Assembly (NCBI GenBank): GCA_951406725.2
Contig: OX597825.1
Span: 42,532,001-42,596,000, forward strand
Direction: 5' to 3'
DNA: 64,000 nucleotides
Origin: Octopus vulgaris
Taxonomy: Eukaryota
The position numbers and the translations under genes are program-made. Below the pieces are notes generated by a model. The model searched no databases. It had not been told where the DNA came from and worked only from the letters and a program-made list of their open reading frames with translations. Of the stretch, positions 40,736-52,399 are shown piece by piece; the stretch's first letter is position 1; every line of letters begins with the position of its first letter.

Positions 40736-40769
<34 letters not shown>

Positions 40770-40799
40770 TACATATTTGCAGGATCCAATTAAATCAAA

Positions 40800-41225
40800 G
40801 ATATTTTAATAATAATTACACAAGGTTAGGATCAAGAATAGCATATTTGTATATCAACAGTATGGTCTACTGTTGTGCCTTTTTCTTAGCCTTTTTACGT
40901 GTGACTTCTGTCCACTCAATTCTGTCAGCCTCTCCACACATGTCTGAGGGGTCAGAGTCAGTAAGAGATAGTTCCAGTGGGTCGAAATTCACTGATGTTG
41001 TTTATTCCTCTGGCAAGAACCGCATTGATGGTGCTTTTGTAGGTGATGTGGAGGTGGTTGTGTTAAGCGCATCTGTTGTTGTTGGCGTTGTTGTCTCTCA
41101 TGTAGTTGGTGGTGGTGGTGGTGGTGTTGGTGGTATGTTGGCTGGATCCCTCTCTGCTTTCTTTTCGTGGGGTTTCTTCTGTAGTTACTTCAGCTGTTGT
41201 GATGTGGGTGATGCTTGTATGAAGT
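40800..41225 (-). mobile_element. Probable C-terminal fragment of an ORF1/gag-like retroelement protein
   Basis: Thr-rich linker, then SLTDSDPSDM...EWTEVTRKKAKKK*, similar to FTEVSKRKRK at about 36440. Confidence 0.4.
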
Positions 41226-41319
41226 GAGTAGTGCCCTCCTTCTGTTTTAGTTTTGGGCAACAACAACAACAACAACAACAATAATGATAATAATAATAAT
41301 AATAATAATATGTATATAC

Positions 41320-41718
41320 AAGTGCAGAAGTGGTTGTGTGGTAAGTAGCTTGTTTACCATCCACATGGTTCTGGGTTCAGTCCCACTGCTTCGAACCTTG
41401 GGCAAGTGTCTTCTGCTATAGCCTTGGGCTGACCAAAGCCTTGTAAGTGGATTTGGTAGATAGAAACTGACAAAAGCCTGTCATATACATGTGTGTGTGT
41501 GTGTGCATGTGTGTGTGTTTGTGTGTCTGTGTTTGTCCCCACCATCATCGCTTGACAACTACTGTGTGCTTATATCCCTGTAACTTAGTGGTTCAGCAAA
41601 AGAGACCGATAGAATAAGTACTAAGCTTACTGAGAACAAGTCCTCAGGTCTATTTGTTCGACTAAAAGGGAAATGCTCCAGCAAGGCTGCAGTCAAATGA
41701 CTGAAACAAATAAAAAAA
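41320..41718 (+). mobile_element. Full-length tRNA-derived SINE (major family)
   Basis: Head, internal (TG)n and tail gcagtcaaatgactgaaacaa. Confidence 0.9.
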
Positions 41719-42804
41719 TATATATGAACGAAATCGTTTTGGAAACTTCTACAATCCAGTTTTGTTTCAAGCTTATAGTTTAAATGTTATATAGTAATGT
41801 TCTTTTTTTTTTAATTTGAATGCTGTTAGATGTTAAATATTTGTAAATACTTTAATAGTAATAACAACTATCTTTTGAAAATCTTATTATATTTCATTTC
41901 TGAGCTGTCAGCCTCAATATAGCAATGACGTTTTCTTCAAGATAATCTGAAATTGGCAATAGTAGAAAGTCAAATGTACAAGCTCGTATTAAGCTCTTTT
42001 CTCTCAGTTCCTAAATACAAGGTCTTATTAATATCAAATCATACTAAATATGTTCATCGTCATGGTGTTATCAGCTGGAACTGAAAGAAATTTAATCAAA
42101 GCATTCTGTCAGAATTTTATGATATTTAAATTATATCTGGTCAATAAAATAGGTCTTGATTACAGTATTGTTAAGAAGTTTATCTTATAATACACATTGC
42201 CAAAAACAAACAATAATGAAAGCTTTAACAAATGAATGCACTTCTACAGAGACACACAATCTGCTAGAAGTAGCAACCAAATCTTCCTTTAATTTATTTC
42301 TACTGCGTAAAAATCAGGACATACTGGATAATGTAGTCTGGAAAAAAAGTAGGATAATCATAGAAGGAAAACTTTGATTACAAGTGAGAGATAGTGGAGT
42401 TGGAAGTTATTTCAACCCATTCCTCATATTTTAATTCAGTCACAGCACATCTGAAAATATTGTGTATGATGCTTAGGTAAATCTATTATTGCTTGAATGA
42501 TAATATTCAGCTAACTCATATGTTTGTTGTTTGATTATCATGAATAAATGTCAAGAAACAAGAAAATATTTTCAATCAGTATATAGAAAACAACAAAGCA
42601 AATAATGATAAGAACATTTATCGAAGGAATAAGCTTTTTGATAAGGTTTCCTCAGCCACAGCACAGCATTTGTAACTTATGAAAATAATTGTTAAACTCT
42701 ATCTGCTTCTCTGAAAAAATTAAATATTTAAAAAATGCCATTATCAAATTTATCTATACTCTAGATTATTTCCAAGTATTTAACTGGTATGTATTCCTGT
42801 TTAG

Positions 42805-42958
42805 AATTGACAGATGCTTAGAACAAAAAGTAAGCTCTGGTAGGTCAAATCCACCAGCTGGCTCTGATTCTTGTTGGAAGCAATTTTATCCTAGTTTTGC
42901 TGCTATTGTTATTGATAAATTCATGATCAACACTTCTCCATCGTATTTCAATTACTTG
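42805..42958 (+). CDS. Internal exon of the same + strand gene
   Basis: ttcctgtttag|A ATT GAC...TAC TTG|gtaata; IDRCLEQKVSSGRSNPPAGSDSCWKQFYPSFAAIVIDKFMINTSPSYFNYL; phase 2 in, phase 0 out. Confidence 0.72.
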
Positions 42959-43116
42959 GTAATATAGGGTGTTTGTATCCAATCAAAAGAAATAAACTTT
43001 TCTTCTTTATATGAAACAATATTTAACAATACTATTTTTATCTTTAGCATGTTGAAGTGTATATGAAATGATAGAAATCACAGGATATAACTTTTGTATT
43101 CACCTCTTTTAAACAG

Positions 43117-43188
43117 ATGCACTTTCAAATTGTCATACAGCAGACAGGAAATAGAAACTTTTCAGAAAGCCAAAGAACCATTATGTAA
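43117..43188 (+). CDS. Probable terminal coding exon of the + strand gene
   Basis: cacctcttttaaacag|MHFQIVIQQTGNRNFSESQRTIM*; phase 0; AATAAA at 43205-43210. Confidence 0.6.
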   Translation: MHFQIVIQQTGNRNFSESQRTIM

Positions 43189-44528
43189 CTAGCTATTTCT
43201 AAAGAATAAATGAGTGCCCTTAGCTACGTTTGCAAAGTGTGAGGTAAAATATCTTAAAAGGAACTACAACAGTCAGTTTGTAACTTTTAACTTATTCGTC
43301 AGAATTTATTTCCTGGCAGTTTATTTACTATCTAGTAAATTTAGTACCTCTTTATTTATGAAATTCACAATATCAATATATATGTACAGTTTTAGCAAGG
43401 AAAAAAATACTCTCAGTAGTAAACACTTATTAATTTTATTCATTACATAATATCTTAGTTGTTGTTTACTTAGGGAAGTACATTAATAAATTGCAATAAA
43501 TAATTAACAGTATGTAGATAAAGCAAGTTGTCTATAAAATTGTCCTTTGTGTGTGTTTGATGCAGTTCCTTCATAAGTTATTTGAGCCATATTCAACAAC
43601 ATATAGAGAGTATTATTTTATGAGATTGCTCGGGATCATGTTAGTGTTAACACATGTAATGTAAGGAGCATTAAAATCTAAATAATTATATGGTTAAAGC
43701 CAGGCAGCAACAAGTGGTTAGGAAATTCACTTGACAGCTAAGTTGTTCTGTGTTTGATCCTACTCTGAAGCACCTGTGTAACTATCTTCTACTCTAGAAT
43801 TATGTTGATTAATACCTTGTGAGTGAACAGAAAATGTGCACTGGCCTTTCATACATTTATAACCCTAAGTGTGCTCCATAATCTGATTCTAAAACTTTCT
43901 AGTCAATGGCCAATATTTTTTCAGCAGATACATCTACATATATGTTTCAATCTTATGACATTATCAGCAAATCATAGGCTTTCTCGTGCTTACCAAATTA
44001 GTGATGGAAGTATCTTTAAGTAAATGTACAAAATTGTGCACTGATTGGTATCGAATAAATAACTCAGATATATTATCCACACAGCTAGGATTAACTAAAC
44101 CGTGTTTGAAATTGTCACCTATAATTGCTAATATAATTTAGTTAACTTTAATCATTGACTATAATCATTTTTTCTCACTGCGTACTTGTTTATTGTTGGC
44201 TCTTTGCATTAAATATGTTAACACTTACTCAGTTATTCCTTTTCATGTAGATGGTGTCAAGTTCAAAACATTAATAAATAAATCACTACTTTTATATATA
44301 TGATTATTATCTAGTTTTAGATAAAAATTTTGTTTTGGAAAACTATTTTTGAATATAAGAATAAAATTATTGAACAAAATCTAAAAATCTCTCCAGTAAA
44401 GTGAAAATCTCTTCAATAATCCAAGACAATGAGAAAATCATAGAAGTTTTCTGGTGTGCTTGATTTTAGCAAAGGAGCTTCTATGAAGTTGCTCAATTTG
44501 GTCATACGAAAATCCAGTTATTTTCAAC

Positions 44529-44720
44529 CAGTGTTCCCTCTAATCTGTGTCCTTGTATGCATGCACACAGGGTTTTCAAGATGAAACCAGATATTTTTAA
44601 TGAAGAAATTTGAGCAATAGCAACTTTCATGAATGGGCACATACTTTGCAAAAAAAGACAAAATTTGCACACATTGTAATTTCAGTGTGCACCCAGAGCC
44701 AAACCTTAGTGGGAACATTA
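44529..44720. mobile_element. hAT-type MITE
   Basis: TIR cagtgttccctctaa / ttagtgggaacatta; 8-bp TSD ttttcaac / ctttcaac. Confidence 0.85.
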
Positions 44721-45808
44721 CTTTCAACTCCTTAATATTCATACTTTTAAACTGTTGACCCATGTTTTAAGCCTTAAACAATATGCCCATAATAATGAAA
44801 TGAGCCTGTTGTTCTTAATATTTCATCCTTGGTTAGGGTATTGATCATTAGATTATGCAATATGATTCCTATGTACCATAGAAATACTATCACAGATTTA
44901 GACATCAATATACATTAAGAATGCTTGATATCTGTAAAATATTCAAATGAAGGTTCTTTTGAACAGCTCAGTTATTTCAAGTTGATTGCTTATTCCATGT
45001 TTAGACTTACATTCCCAGTTGCTTTGACTCTGCAGTTCAATTCCCCAAATCAACAAAATTGTTTCTACTACTTTAAATAATCAATAGACACATTGAAAAC
45101 TTTCAGTTGAAATGCTATCTACAACACATATGTTGAGGTTTCTACATTTCAGATTGTATGTTACAGATTTCACATTTATAGAGAACAATTTTTAGAGAAA
45201 ATAGCATCCAAATCTACTGATTAGCCCATGTGTAACCCGAATACTCAAACCATCTGTTAAGTTACAGGATAATGTCAGTTATATTTTCTTTTTATTTATA
45301 TTTATCAATGTGTAAAACAGCCAGATATCATACAATTTTCAAACCTTCTTAGCTAGATTAACTGGTTAAACTTAATTTAGCTAATGTGTAGTTTGAATCA
45401 ATAAAAATTAGTAGTTATGGGTAAGAAAGGATGCCATTACAGATGAAGGGAATCCTGGAGAAAAAAAGATTAGATAAAATGTTTATTATAGATAACTGTA
45501 AATTATAATTTCATGTTTTAGTTATGCTGGCTTTTTTGTCTACTGGCACAAAATATATTATTGAAAATCTAAATTAACATTTCAAACAATAAAATAAAAT
45601 AAACGTCAAATAATAACAAACTTGAGAACTAAACAAATAAACAAACAATTAATAAATGCAAAAGTAAATAAACAAGAAAATTAATAAGCAGAATAAATGA
45701 ACAAAAAAATAAGACAGAAATAAATAGACCAAATACATCAAATATCTTGCCAACTGTCATTTTGCTTTATGCATTAATTTTAAACAAATAAATCATGTTC
45801 AAACTCAC

Positions 45809-45861
45809 CTAGGAATAATCTGCTCAAAATAATCAAAAAATTTTCTTAGAGAACATATTGT
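45809..45861 (-). CDS. Small exon of a convergent - strand gene
   Basis: tcattccag|TICSLRKFFDYFEQIIP(R)|gtgagt; phase 0 in, matching the upstream exon. Confidence 0.55.
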
Positions 45862-46509
45862 CTGGAATGACTGATGAATTTCTATTTATAGCACATAGTA
45901 ATTCATATTAAAGTGATGTGATGTGACTTGTTTTAACAATATGTAAATGTTTTTAGATATGATATAGAAAGAATTTGAAAAAGACATCGTTCATATAATA
46001 TATAGTTCTGTATCAGATATAGCTTCTCGGCAAGTAAAAGTCGACATCCACCTTCACACATATACATTTATATATTAACATTTATAAGTATATACATATA
46101 CACACGTTCATGAAAACGTTTATATATATATGTATCTAAACACACAGTTGTGTGTGTGTATGTATGTGTGTGTATGTATGTGTGTGTGTGTATGTATGTG
46201 TGTGTGTGTGTGTATGTATGTGTGTGTGTTTCTATGAATGTATGCTCACTCTTAGTACTACTGATAACATGAAAGCAAAAAACCAAGTAGAACGTGTCAC
46301 AAGGTTGGACCATTAACAACTAAACTGGAAACCCTACGGAGCTGTATTAGTGAAGAGGGTTTACTGTTGGACACTATGCAGGACAGAAAATAAAACCTGC
46401 CAAAGAATGGACGAATACAGCAGAGTCAATGGTCATTTAAAAGCTAGAGATGAGAGACCATTACTTTAGATATCTCTATAACAGATAGAAATTGTGAAAT
46501 AACACTTAC

Positions 46510-46550
46510 CTCATTATAAAACAGCAGTAGATCCTGTACTTGCTCATTTC
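46510..46550 (-). CDS. Small exon of a convergent - strand gene
   Basis: atatttag|(x)NEQVQDLLLFYNE|gtaagt; canonical splice sites. Confidence 0.55.
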
Positions 46551-46689
46551 CTAAATATTTGGCATTGTAGGTGAGACTTAGAAGTATTAGGCAAGTTGTT
46601 GACTTAAATTTCAGCGTGGGTATAGCAGACAGCCATTGTCACTAACATTTAGGAGGTCATTTGTCAATGATGAGATGTGTGTGCCTGAA

Positions 46690-46741
<52 letters not shown>

Positions 46742-46752
46742 CACACAACTGT

Positions 46753-46790
<38 letters not shown>

Positions 46791-46877
46791 GTGTGTGTGA
46801 TTGTGTATAGAAGAATATATTAATAAAAGGAATTCCAAACTTGTCTGATTTTCACGTTTTATTTACAATCTTATAAT

Positions 46878-49800
46878 TGATTGATTGATTGATTGATTCT
46901 AGTTTCAGCTTATGAGCTGTGGCCATGCTGGGGCACCGCCATTTGGTGTTGCTACTTGGTTTCATTTCACGAAAGCTTTCTAGCAACTGCCATTTGGTGC
47001 ATGAGAGAGTTCGATGCAGCTGCCCTCATCTGCCCCTCCTGCCGTGAAGTTGGTTCATCTGGGACACCTGACAGGAAGAGATCCAGCTTCATTTTAAAGA
47101 CATCTGCATCCACCCCATGCAGGTCTCTCAGGTTCTTCGGGAGGATATTGAAGAGCTGTGGGCCTCGGAAGCCCAGGCTATCACAGAATCTTGTCCTACA
47201 TCATGATGGCAAGTTTGGAGTCCTAGGCACCACGCAGTGGCGCCCAGTTCTGGCATTTGCGTAACTCTCGATGCCAAAGTTCAGGACACGTCCCTCCAGG
47301 ATCTTCCAGATGTATATTATGGCATATCTTTCCCGCCTACGCTCCAGGGAATATAGTTTTAATCTCTTGAGTCTTTCCCAGTAGCTTACATTCTGCATAG
47401 AGGCTATCTTCTTCGTGTAGCTACGTTGGATCGCCTCGAGCTCTGTGATCAACTTGACACTGGATGGTGACCATAACTGAGAGCAGTAGTCAAAGTGGCT
47501 TAGGACAAGTGTCCTCTAGAGGACCATCATGGTTTCTTGTTCTCTTGTTCTAAAGGTTCTGAGGATTCATCCGGCCAGTCGTCTACATTTCATTGCCAAT
47601 TTAGCAACATGTACACGAAAGGTCGCGTCATCACTCATGTAAATACCTAGGTCACGCACTGATTGTGCCTCTGGGATTGCTATTCCTCCGGGTCCAGTGT
47701 ATTCATTGGGTATTGCATTTAGTTTTGCATGCTGATAGTATAGAGCTTGAAACTTTTCAGCATTGAACTGCATGCTATTCTTTTCGGCCCACTTGTATAT
47801 TTTGTCTAGCTCACATTGCAGGTGTTTAGTGTCCTCAGGGTTCTGTATTGCCTGTGAAACTTTTGTATCATCTGCATAACTTGTGATCGTGGCTCTCTGC
47901 GTGGCTGAGGGCATGTCTGAGAGGGCCATTATGAACAGTAGTGGTCCCAGAACAGTGCCCTGCGGAACACCGCTCACTATTTGCGTGTTAATGGAAGTGG
48001 CCCCATTGGCCACTACCACCTGACTTCTATCTTTCAGAAAGTCATGAAGCCATTCTCCCAGTTTTCCAACTATGTTGAGATCACGCAGTTTGTGACATAT
48101 CATTCCATGATCGACTTTATCAAAGGCCTTTGCAAAGTCGAGATATATCACTTCCACATTTGAGTGGTTGAGCAGCCGTTTCAGCACCCAGTCATAGTGT
48201 TGTAGGAGCTGAGTTAAACAGCTTCTCCCTGGTCGGAAACCATGTTGGGTGTCGGGCAGCAAGTCATTCTCTTCAAGGAAGGTGATCAGCTTCCTTCTGA
48301 CTATTCGTTCCATGACCTTGCTGATGTGTGAGGTCAGAGAGATAGGTCTATAGTTCTTGGCTTCCGCTCTGCTACCTCCTTTATGAATGGGGCATATTTT
48401 ACCTTCCTTCAGTTTTCCTGGAAGTTTGCCAGCTGCAAGGAAGCTCTGAAAGAGGAACTGCAGTGGTCTTGCTAGGACTCTCTTACATGCTTTTAGGAGG
48501 ATTGCCGGGAATCCATCGGGGCCAGTAGCTGAGTCTGTTTTCATTTCATCTATAGCCTTGATTACATCGTCTTCCTTTATATCGATGTAATCTATCGTCG
48601 CTGCCTCTGATTTTATATCTGCAGTGGTAAAAAAGTCAGTTGGATTGGTGATTTGGAGATGCCCAAGGGGTGGAGTGAAAACACTCTTGAATTGCTCATT
48701 CAGTATTTCACTTACCCTCATTGGTTTTCCTGTAAGTGTGCCATCCTTTTCGAGGAGTGGCCCTATTCTACAGTGCACCGTAGCTGTTTCTTTGGCATAC
48801 CTGTAGAAAGCTCTGGGGTTAGATTTTATGTTGTCTATTGCCCAGGCTTCTTTGTCTGCTCTTTCCTTTTCATGGGAGAGTTGCAGACATTTTTCGATTT
48901 CCAACAGTTTTATTTTTAGGCGGGACTTTTCACTGCTTTCAATCTGTTTGTTTAGGCGATTTGAAAATTTTGTACGCCGTCTCATTAAAATTTTCCTGTC
49001 TCTGGGGATTTTGTTCTTGTGTACAGTGGCCTTTCTCTCTGGGACACATTTGTAGCATATGGCTTGCATTACAGACATGAATTGTTGAAGTTTCACGTCG
49101 ATGTCTGGCGAGGAGAGACATTTAGGCCAGTTTTGTTTGAGGATCTCTTTCTCAATTTGTTTCCAGTTTGCTTTATGGTAGTTCAAGCTGGAAAGATTCT
49201 GAGGGTTTCTTGTAGGCTGCATGTCCGTGCTCTCTTTTGGCCCGTACATGGTCAGCTCTATCATGTTGTGATCCGAGAGTAGTGTCGGTGTCACTTTCAC
49301 ATTATGGATGAGATCCATGTCATTTGTGAAGCAGAGATCCAGTGTGTTACCTGCCCTGGTTGGTTGGAGTATTACCTGCTCCATGTACAGGGTGTTGATG
49401 AGGTTCAGGAGGGACCTCGCCTGTCCTCGTTCACATCTTGTCATTCCTGGGAGAGAAAGGCCCTCGGGCCATCTGACATTGGGCAGATTGAAGTCTCCCA
49501 TAAGAAGTACACTTATGTGTTGTTCTAATGTGGTTAGAACTTCTATTTTTATAAGGCAGTCTTCAAACTTGCCCACATGGCTTGGGGCATCTGGAGGGCG
49601 ATATGTAGCACACACAACTACATCAAGTTGCCTAATATGTACAATTAGTGTGTCACAAACCGAGTTTGAGTATGACAAGAGGACCTGGGGTGTGAGGTCC
49701 TCACGGATGTACATAGCAACACCTCCATGACTCCTTTCTTTCCTGTCGGTCCATAGTACAGCATACTGTGGTATGTGTAACTCCGCATCTGCTATATCCG

Positions 49801-50324
49801 GTTTCAGGTGCGTTTCCGTTAGTGCTATGCATAAGGCTTGATTGCATGCAACAAAGTCTCTCAGGAACGGGATTTTTGTCCTGTTACTGAGTGTTTGCAG
49901 TCCTCTGATGTTCAGTAGGAGCATCGAGGTGAGGTGTACGTTGTTGCCGGGGGTGTCCATCCTGGGTCTGTTTGCTGTGGTGGTCTGGTATATAGTGGGT
50001 AGTCCCACCTGCGGGCTTGGGTTTGATGATGCCAGGTCCGCTGCTGTACAATCTTTTGTGCCATGCACAAAAAAGATTGTTGCTCAGCAGCTGCCCTTTC
50101 GACAACATCATGTTGGCGGTTTGTGGCACGCACAACATCTGCGTACCTCCGCTTTGGGGCAAGTGGTGCATGGTCCATCCCTTTTTCTTTGTGTTGATGG
50201 TTTGTCCATCTGCCTCGTGTCTCTGTGGCAGGGTCCCCGATGTGCAAAGCGGCAGCCTGCACCTTCCTTTCCATGCCAGCAGGAACCTCTCAGGTAGAAC
50301 CTACACACCCGTGTGCGCTGTTTG
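46878..50324 (-). mobile_element. Near-intact, 5'-truncated CR1-clade LINE
   Basis: (AATC)n 3' tail; 9-bp TSD tcttataat at 46869-46877 and 50325-50333; CR1-type C-terminus DYCSQLWSP..YWERLKRLKLYSLERRRER. Confidence 0.92.
47567..50068 (-). CDS. LINE ORF2: APE endonuclease + reverse transcriptase (premature stop truncates the C-terminus)
   Basis: LNIRGL, LTETHL, YRPP, GDFN, SDH (endonuclease); NYRPISL, QHGFR, YLDFAKAFD, GVPQGTVLGP, YADD (RT). Frame continues after in-frame stops near 47567 and 47516. Confidence 0.93.
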   Translation of the reverse strand: MHGTKDCTAADLASSNPSPQVGLPTIYQTTTANRPRMDTPGNNVHLTSMLLLNIRGLQTLSNRTKIPFLRDFVACNQALCIALTETHLKPDIADAELHIPQYAVLWTDRKERSHGGVAMYIREDLTPQVLLSYSNSVCDTLIVHIRQLDVVVCATYRPPDAPSHVGKFEDCLIKIEVLTTLEQHISVLLMGDFNLPNVRWPEGLSLPGMTRCERGQARSLLNLINTLYMEQVILQPTRAGNTLDLCFTNDMDLIHNVKVTPTLLSDHNMIELTMYGPKESTDMQPTRNPQNLSSLNYHKANWKQIEKEILKQNWPKCLSSPDIDVKLQQFMSVMQAICYKCVPERKATVHKNKIPRDRKILMRRRTKFSNRLNKQIESSEKSRLKIKLLEIEKCLQLSHEKERADKEAWAIDNIKSNPRAFYRYAKETATVHCRIGPLLEKDGTLTGKPMRVSEILNEQFKSVFTPPLGHLQITNPTDFFTTADIKSEAATIDYIDIKEDDVIKAIDEMKTDSATGPDGFPAILLKACKRVLARPLQFLFQSFLAAGKLPGKLKEGKICPIHKGGSRAEAKNYRPISLTSHISKVMERIVRRKLITFLEENDLLPDTQHGFRPGRSCLTQLLQHYDWVLKRLLNHSNVEVIYLDFAKAFDKVDHGMICHKLRDLNIVGKLGEWLHDFLKDRSQVVVANGATSINTQIVSGVPQGTVLGPLLFIMALSDMPSATQRATITSYADDTKVSQAIQNPEDTKHLQCELDKIYKWAEKNSMQFNAEKFQALYYQHAKLNAIPNEYTGPGGIAIPEAQSVRDLGIYMSDDATFRVHVAKLAMKCRRLAG

Positions 50325-50409
50325 TCTTATAATATAATGATATATTATAAGATAATATATTATAATAGAATAAAATAAAATAAAATAGTAGAATGTTAAA
50401 TGTTCATTC

Positions 50410-50460
50410 TGATTGAAGTAGTACTTTCATGCATTAAATTCTGCAATCTTCAGGTTCATG
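50410..50460 (-). ncRNA. Minimal hammerhead ribozyme in a Penelope pseudo-LTR
   Basis: UGAAc-CUGAAGA-u-UGCA-gaauuuaa-UGCA-u-GAAA-GUAC-UA-cUUCA; palindromic stem III; one mismatch at the base of stem I. Confidence 0.65.
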
Positions 50461-50519
50461 TAGTATTGGTGACAGTCATGCTTCACAATTTTTGACTGTA
50501 GCAAGATGATTGATTCTGT

Positions 50520-50655
50520 GCTATAAATACAGCTGGGTAGGCTCCAGAGTGCTAGGTTTTGCAAACTGTATTCTGACCAATCAGTGTGTAGTATCACTCA
50601 ATTACTTAAGCTGATTGGTTGGTTGAGCTGATTGGTTGGTTGAGCTGATTGGTTT
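50520..50655 (-). promoter_or_regulatory. Putative pseudo-LTR promoter: three CCAAT boxes plus TATTTATA
   Basis: Reverse strand accaatcag x3 (about 50611-50653), then tatttatag (about 50521-50529), upstream of the HHR. Confidence 0.4.
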
Positions 50656-50958
50656 AGGCGTCACGCTTTGTTGGACATGTCAAGAGTCCTGTATCTTGAC
50701 CCTAGCCGAAGCAGCAATTGTTGGGTTATTTTTAGAAATGTTGTAAGTAGCCTTTGTCAGAGATTTTTATATTTCAATTGTCATCATCATCATTGTCAGC
50801 ACCTTAATTATTGTTGCTAGTGGTGATGGTGGTGGCAATAGAACTTTTAACCCTAAATAAGATAATTTTCCTGCTATCTTCATCTTGATCACCTTTAGTA
50901 TTGTTGTTGTTAGTGGTCATTGTCGTAGCAGTAGAAGTAGTACCTCTAAGTATTATTA

Positions 50959-51580
50959 TTATTGCTTATTTAGCTTGGGTTCGAATTTATCAATAAAATT
51001 CTTTTCTCTGATTTTCCTCTCGATTTCACTTGGGCTGTGTAATTTGTAGAATGGAAATATTATATACATTTTCTGGCCACATGTTGCTAGGTGGTTACTC
51101 AAAGGTATCTGACGGACCTCTGGGTCTCTAATCTGTTGCCGGTGTACACGTGAGCGTTCTGATAGTGCGTTTCCCGTCTGACCTACATATATTTCTTCAC
51201 AATTTGGGCATTTGATGCAGTAAATTAAATTTCTGCTTTTGCAGTTCATATTCGCGTTTGTGAATATTTTCCCGGTTTTTGTGTTTATATATTGGCCGGT
51301 ATGTATGAATTGGCATGTGCCACATCGGCTATCATTGCATTTAGATACAGTGAATATTTGGTCTTTGTTGCTAAGGTCAAATTTTGCCTTTGTTAGTAAT
51401 GTTTTCAAGTTTTTAGGCTGTCTTTTACTAAGCACCATAGCTCGATCCGTGATTATGTCTTTTAATTCATTACTTTGGGCAATGATTGGTAGGTTTGCTT
51501 TGGCAATGTTGAAGATATTCTGGTGACATGGGTTGTGTGTCACTATGAATGGTATGACTTGTTCTTGTTTTCCTCCTCCT
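50959..51580 (-). mobile_element. Penelope-like element 3' ORF fragment (linker + GIY-YIG endonuclease)
   Basis: C..RC.TC, NMNCKSRNLIYCIKCPNCEEIYVGQTG..LSERSRVH, E..FI..F.PKLN. Truncated 5' by a SINE at 51590. Confidence 0.9.
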
Positions 51581-51589
51581 TGGGTTGTC

Positions 51590-51745
51590 CTAGCGTCACT
51601 TAGCGGTTCGGCAAAAGAGACTGATAGAATAAGTACTGGGCTTACAAAGAATAAGTCCCGGAGCTGATTTGCTCAACTAAAGGCGGTGCTCCAGCATGGC
51701 CGCAGTCAAATGACTGAAACAAGTAAAAGAGTAAAAGAGTAAAGA
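51590..51745 (+). mobile_element. 3' half of a major-family SINE
   Basis: cttagcggttcggcaaaagagac...gactgaaacaa(gtaaaaga)n. Confidence 0.88.
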
Positions 51746-52399
51746 GATACTTTCATTTTAACAATAAAAATTAGATATAATAATAACAGTTGAATTATCT
51801 GTAGTAAGTAATAATTAAAATCAAACTAAAGTATAATATAATCGTAACATAACAAAAGTAAAAATAGCAATTGGTATAAAATTGCATCAATGACTTGAAC
51901 TTGAATAAGTAGTTTCACATGAATGGGAATAAATTAGAAATAAAATTAGTGTGCAGAAATGGAATAGACCAGATGGAGCTGTGCACATACCTTTTACCAC
52001 GGCTTTTACATTAGATTATCTGCTAATTAGCTAGCATTATAGATCTATATGAAGTTTGGCTGTATGTAATGTCTGTTCTCTCGAACAACCGCTTCTACTG
52101 AGTACTGCTGTTGGTTTATTTCTTATACATAAAGGACTATAGCTTCAACTGCGTACAGCTTTTTGATTCACCATAAGGTTTGTTGTTATTATTATTACTT
52201 TTTAACTATTGTTATCACGTTTGTTGGTTCCTCGAAAGGGAAACGTTGTTGTGTTGCATTTGTTAAATAATTATAAACTATAACCCTCCACCTTTGGGAG
52301 AAGGAGCTTTGGTTATTGTTTAAAAATTGAATTGTGTCCCTGTTTGGGGAAATTGACAATATCTTCACCGTTTATACGGAAGCATTTTCGTTAGAATGC

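Noticed and set aside
45809-46550. Resemblance of the - strand peptide to the DCTN3 C-terminus
   Set aside because: Only a short helical pattern matches and no upstream exons support it, so no symbol is assigned.
47567-50068. Active autonomous LINE
   Set aside because: It is 5'-truncated and has in-frame stops before the conserved C-terminus.
47981-50337. Several + strand ORFs over the CR1 element
   Set aside because: They are antisense shadows of the GC-richer LINE ORF with no recognisable motifs.
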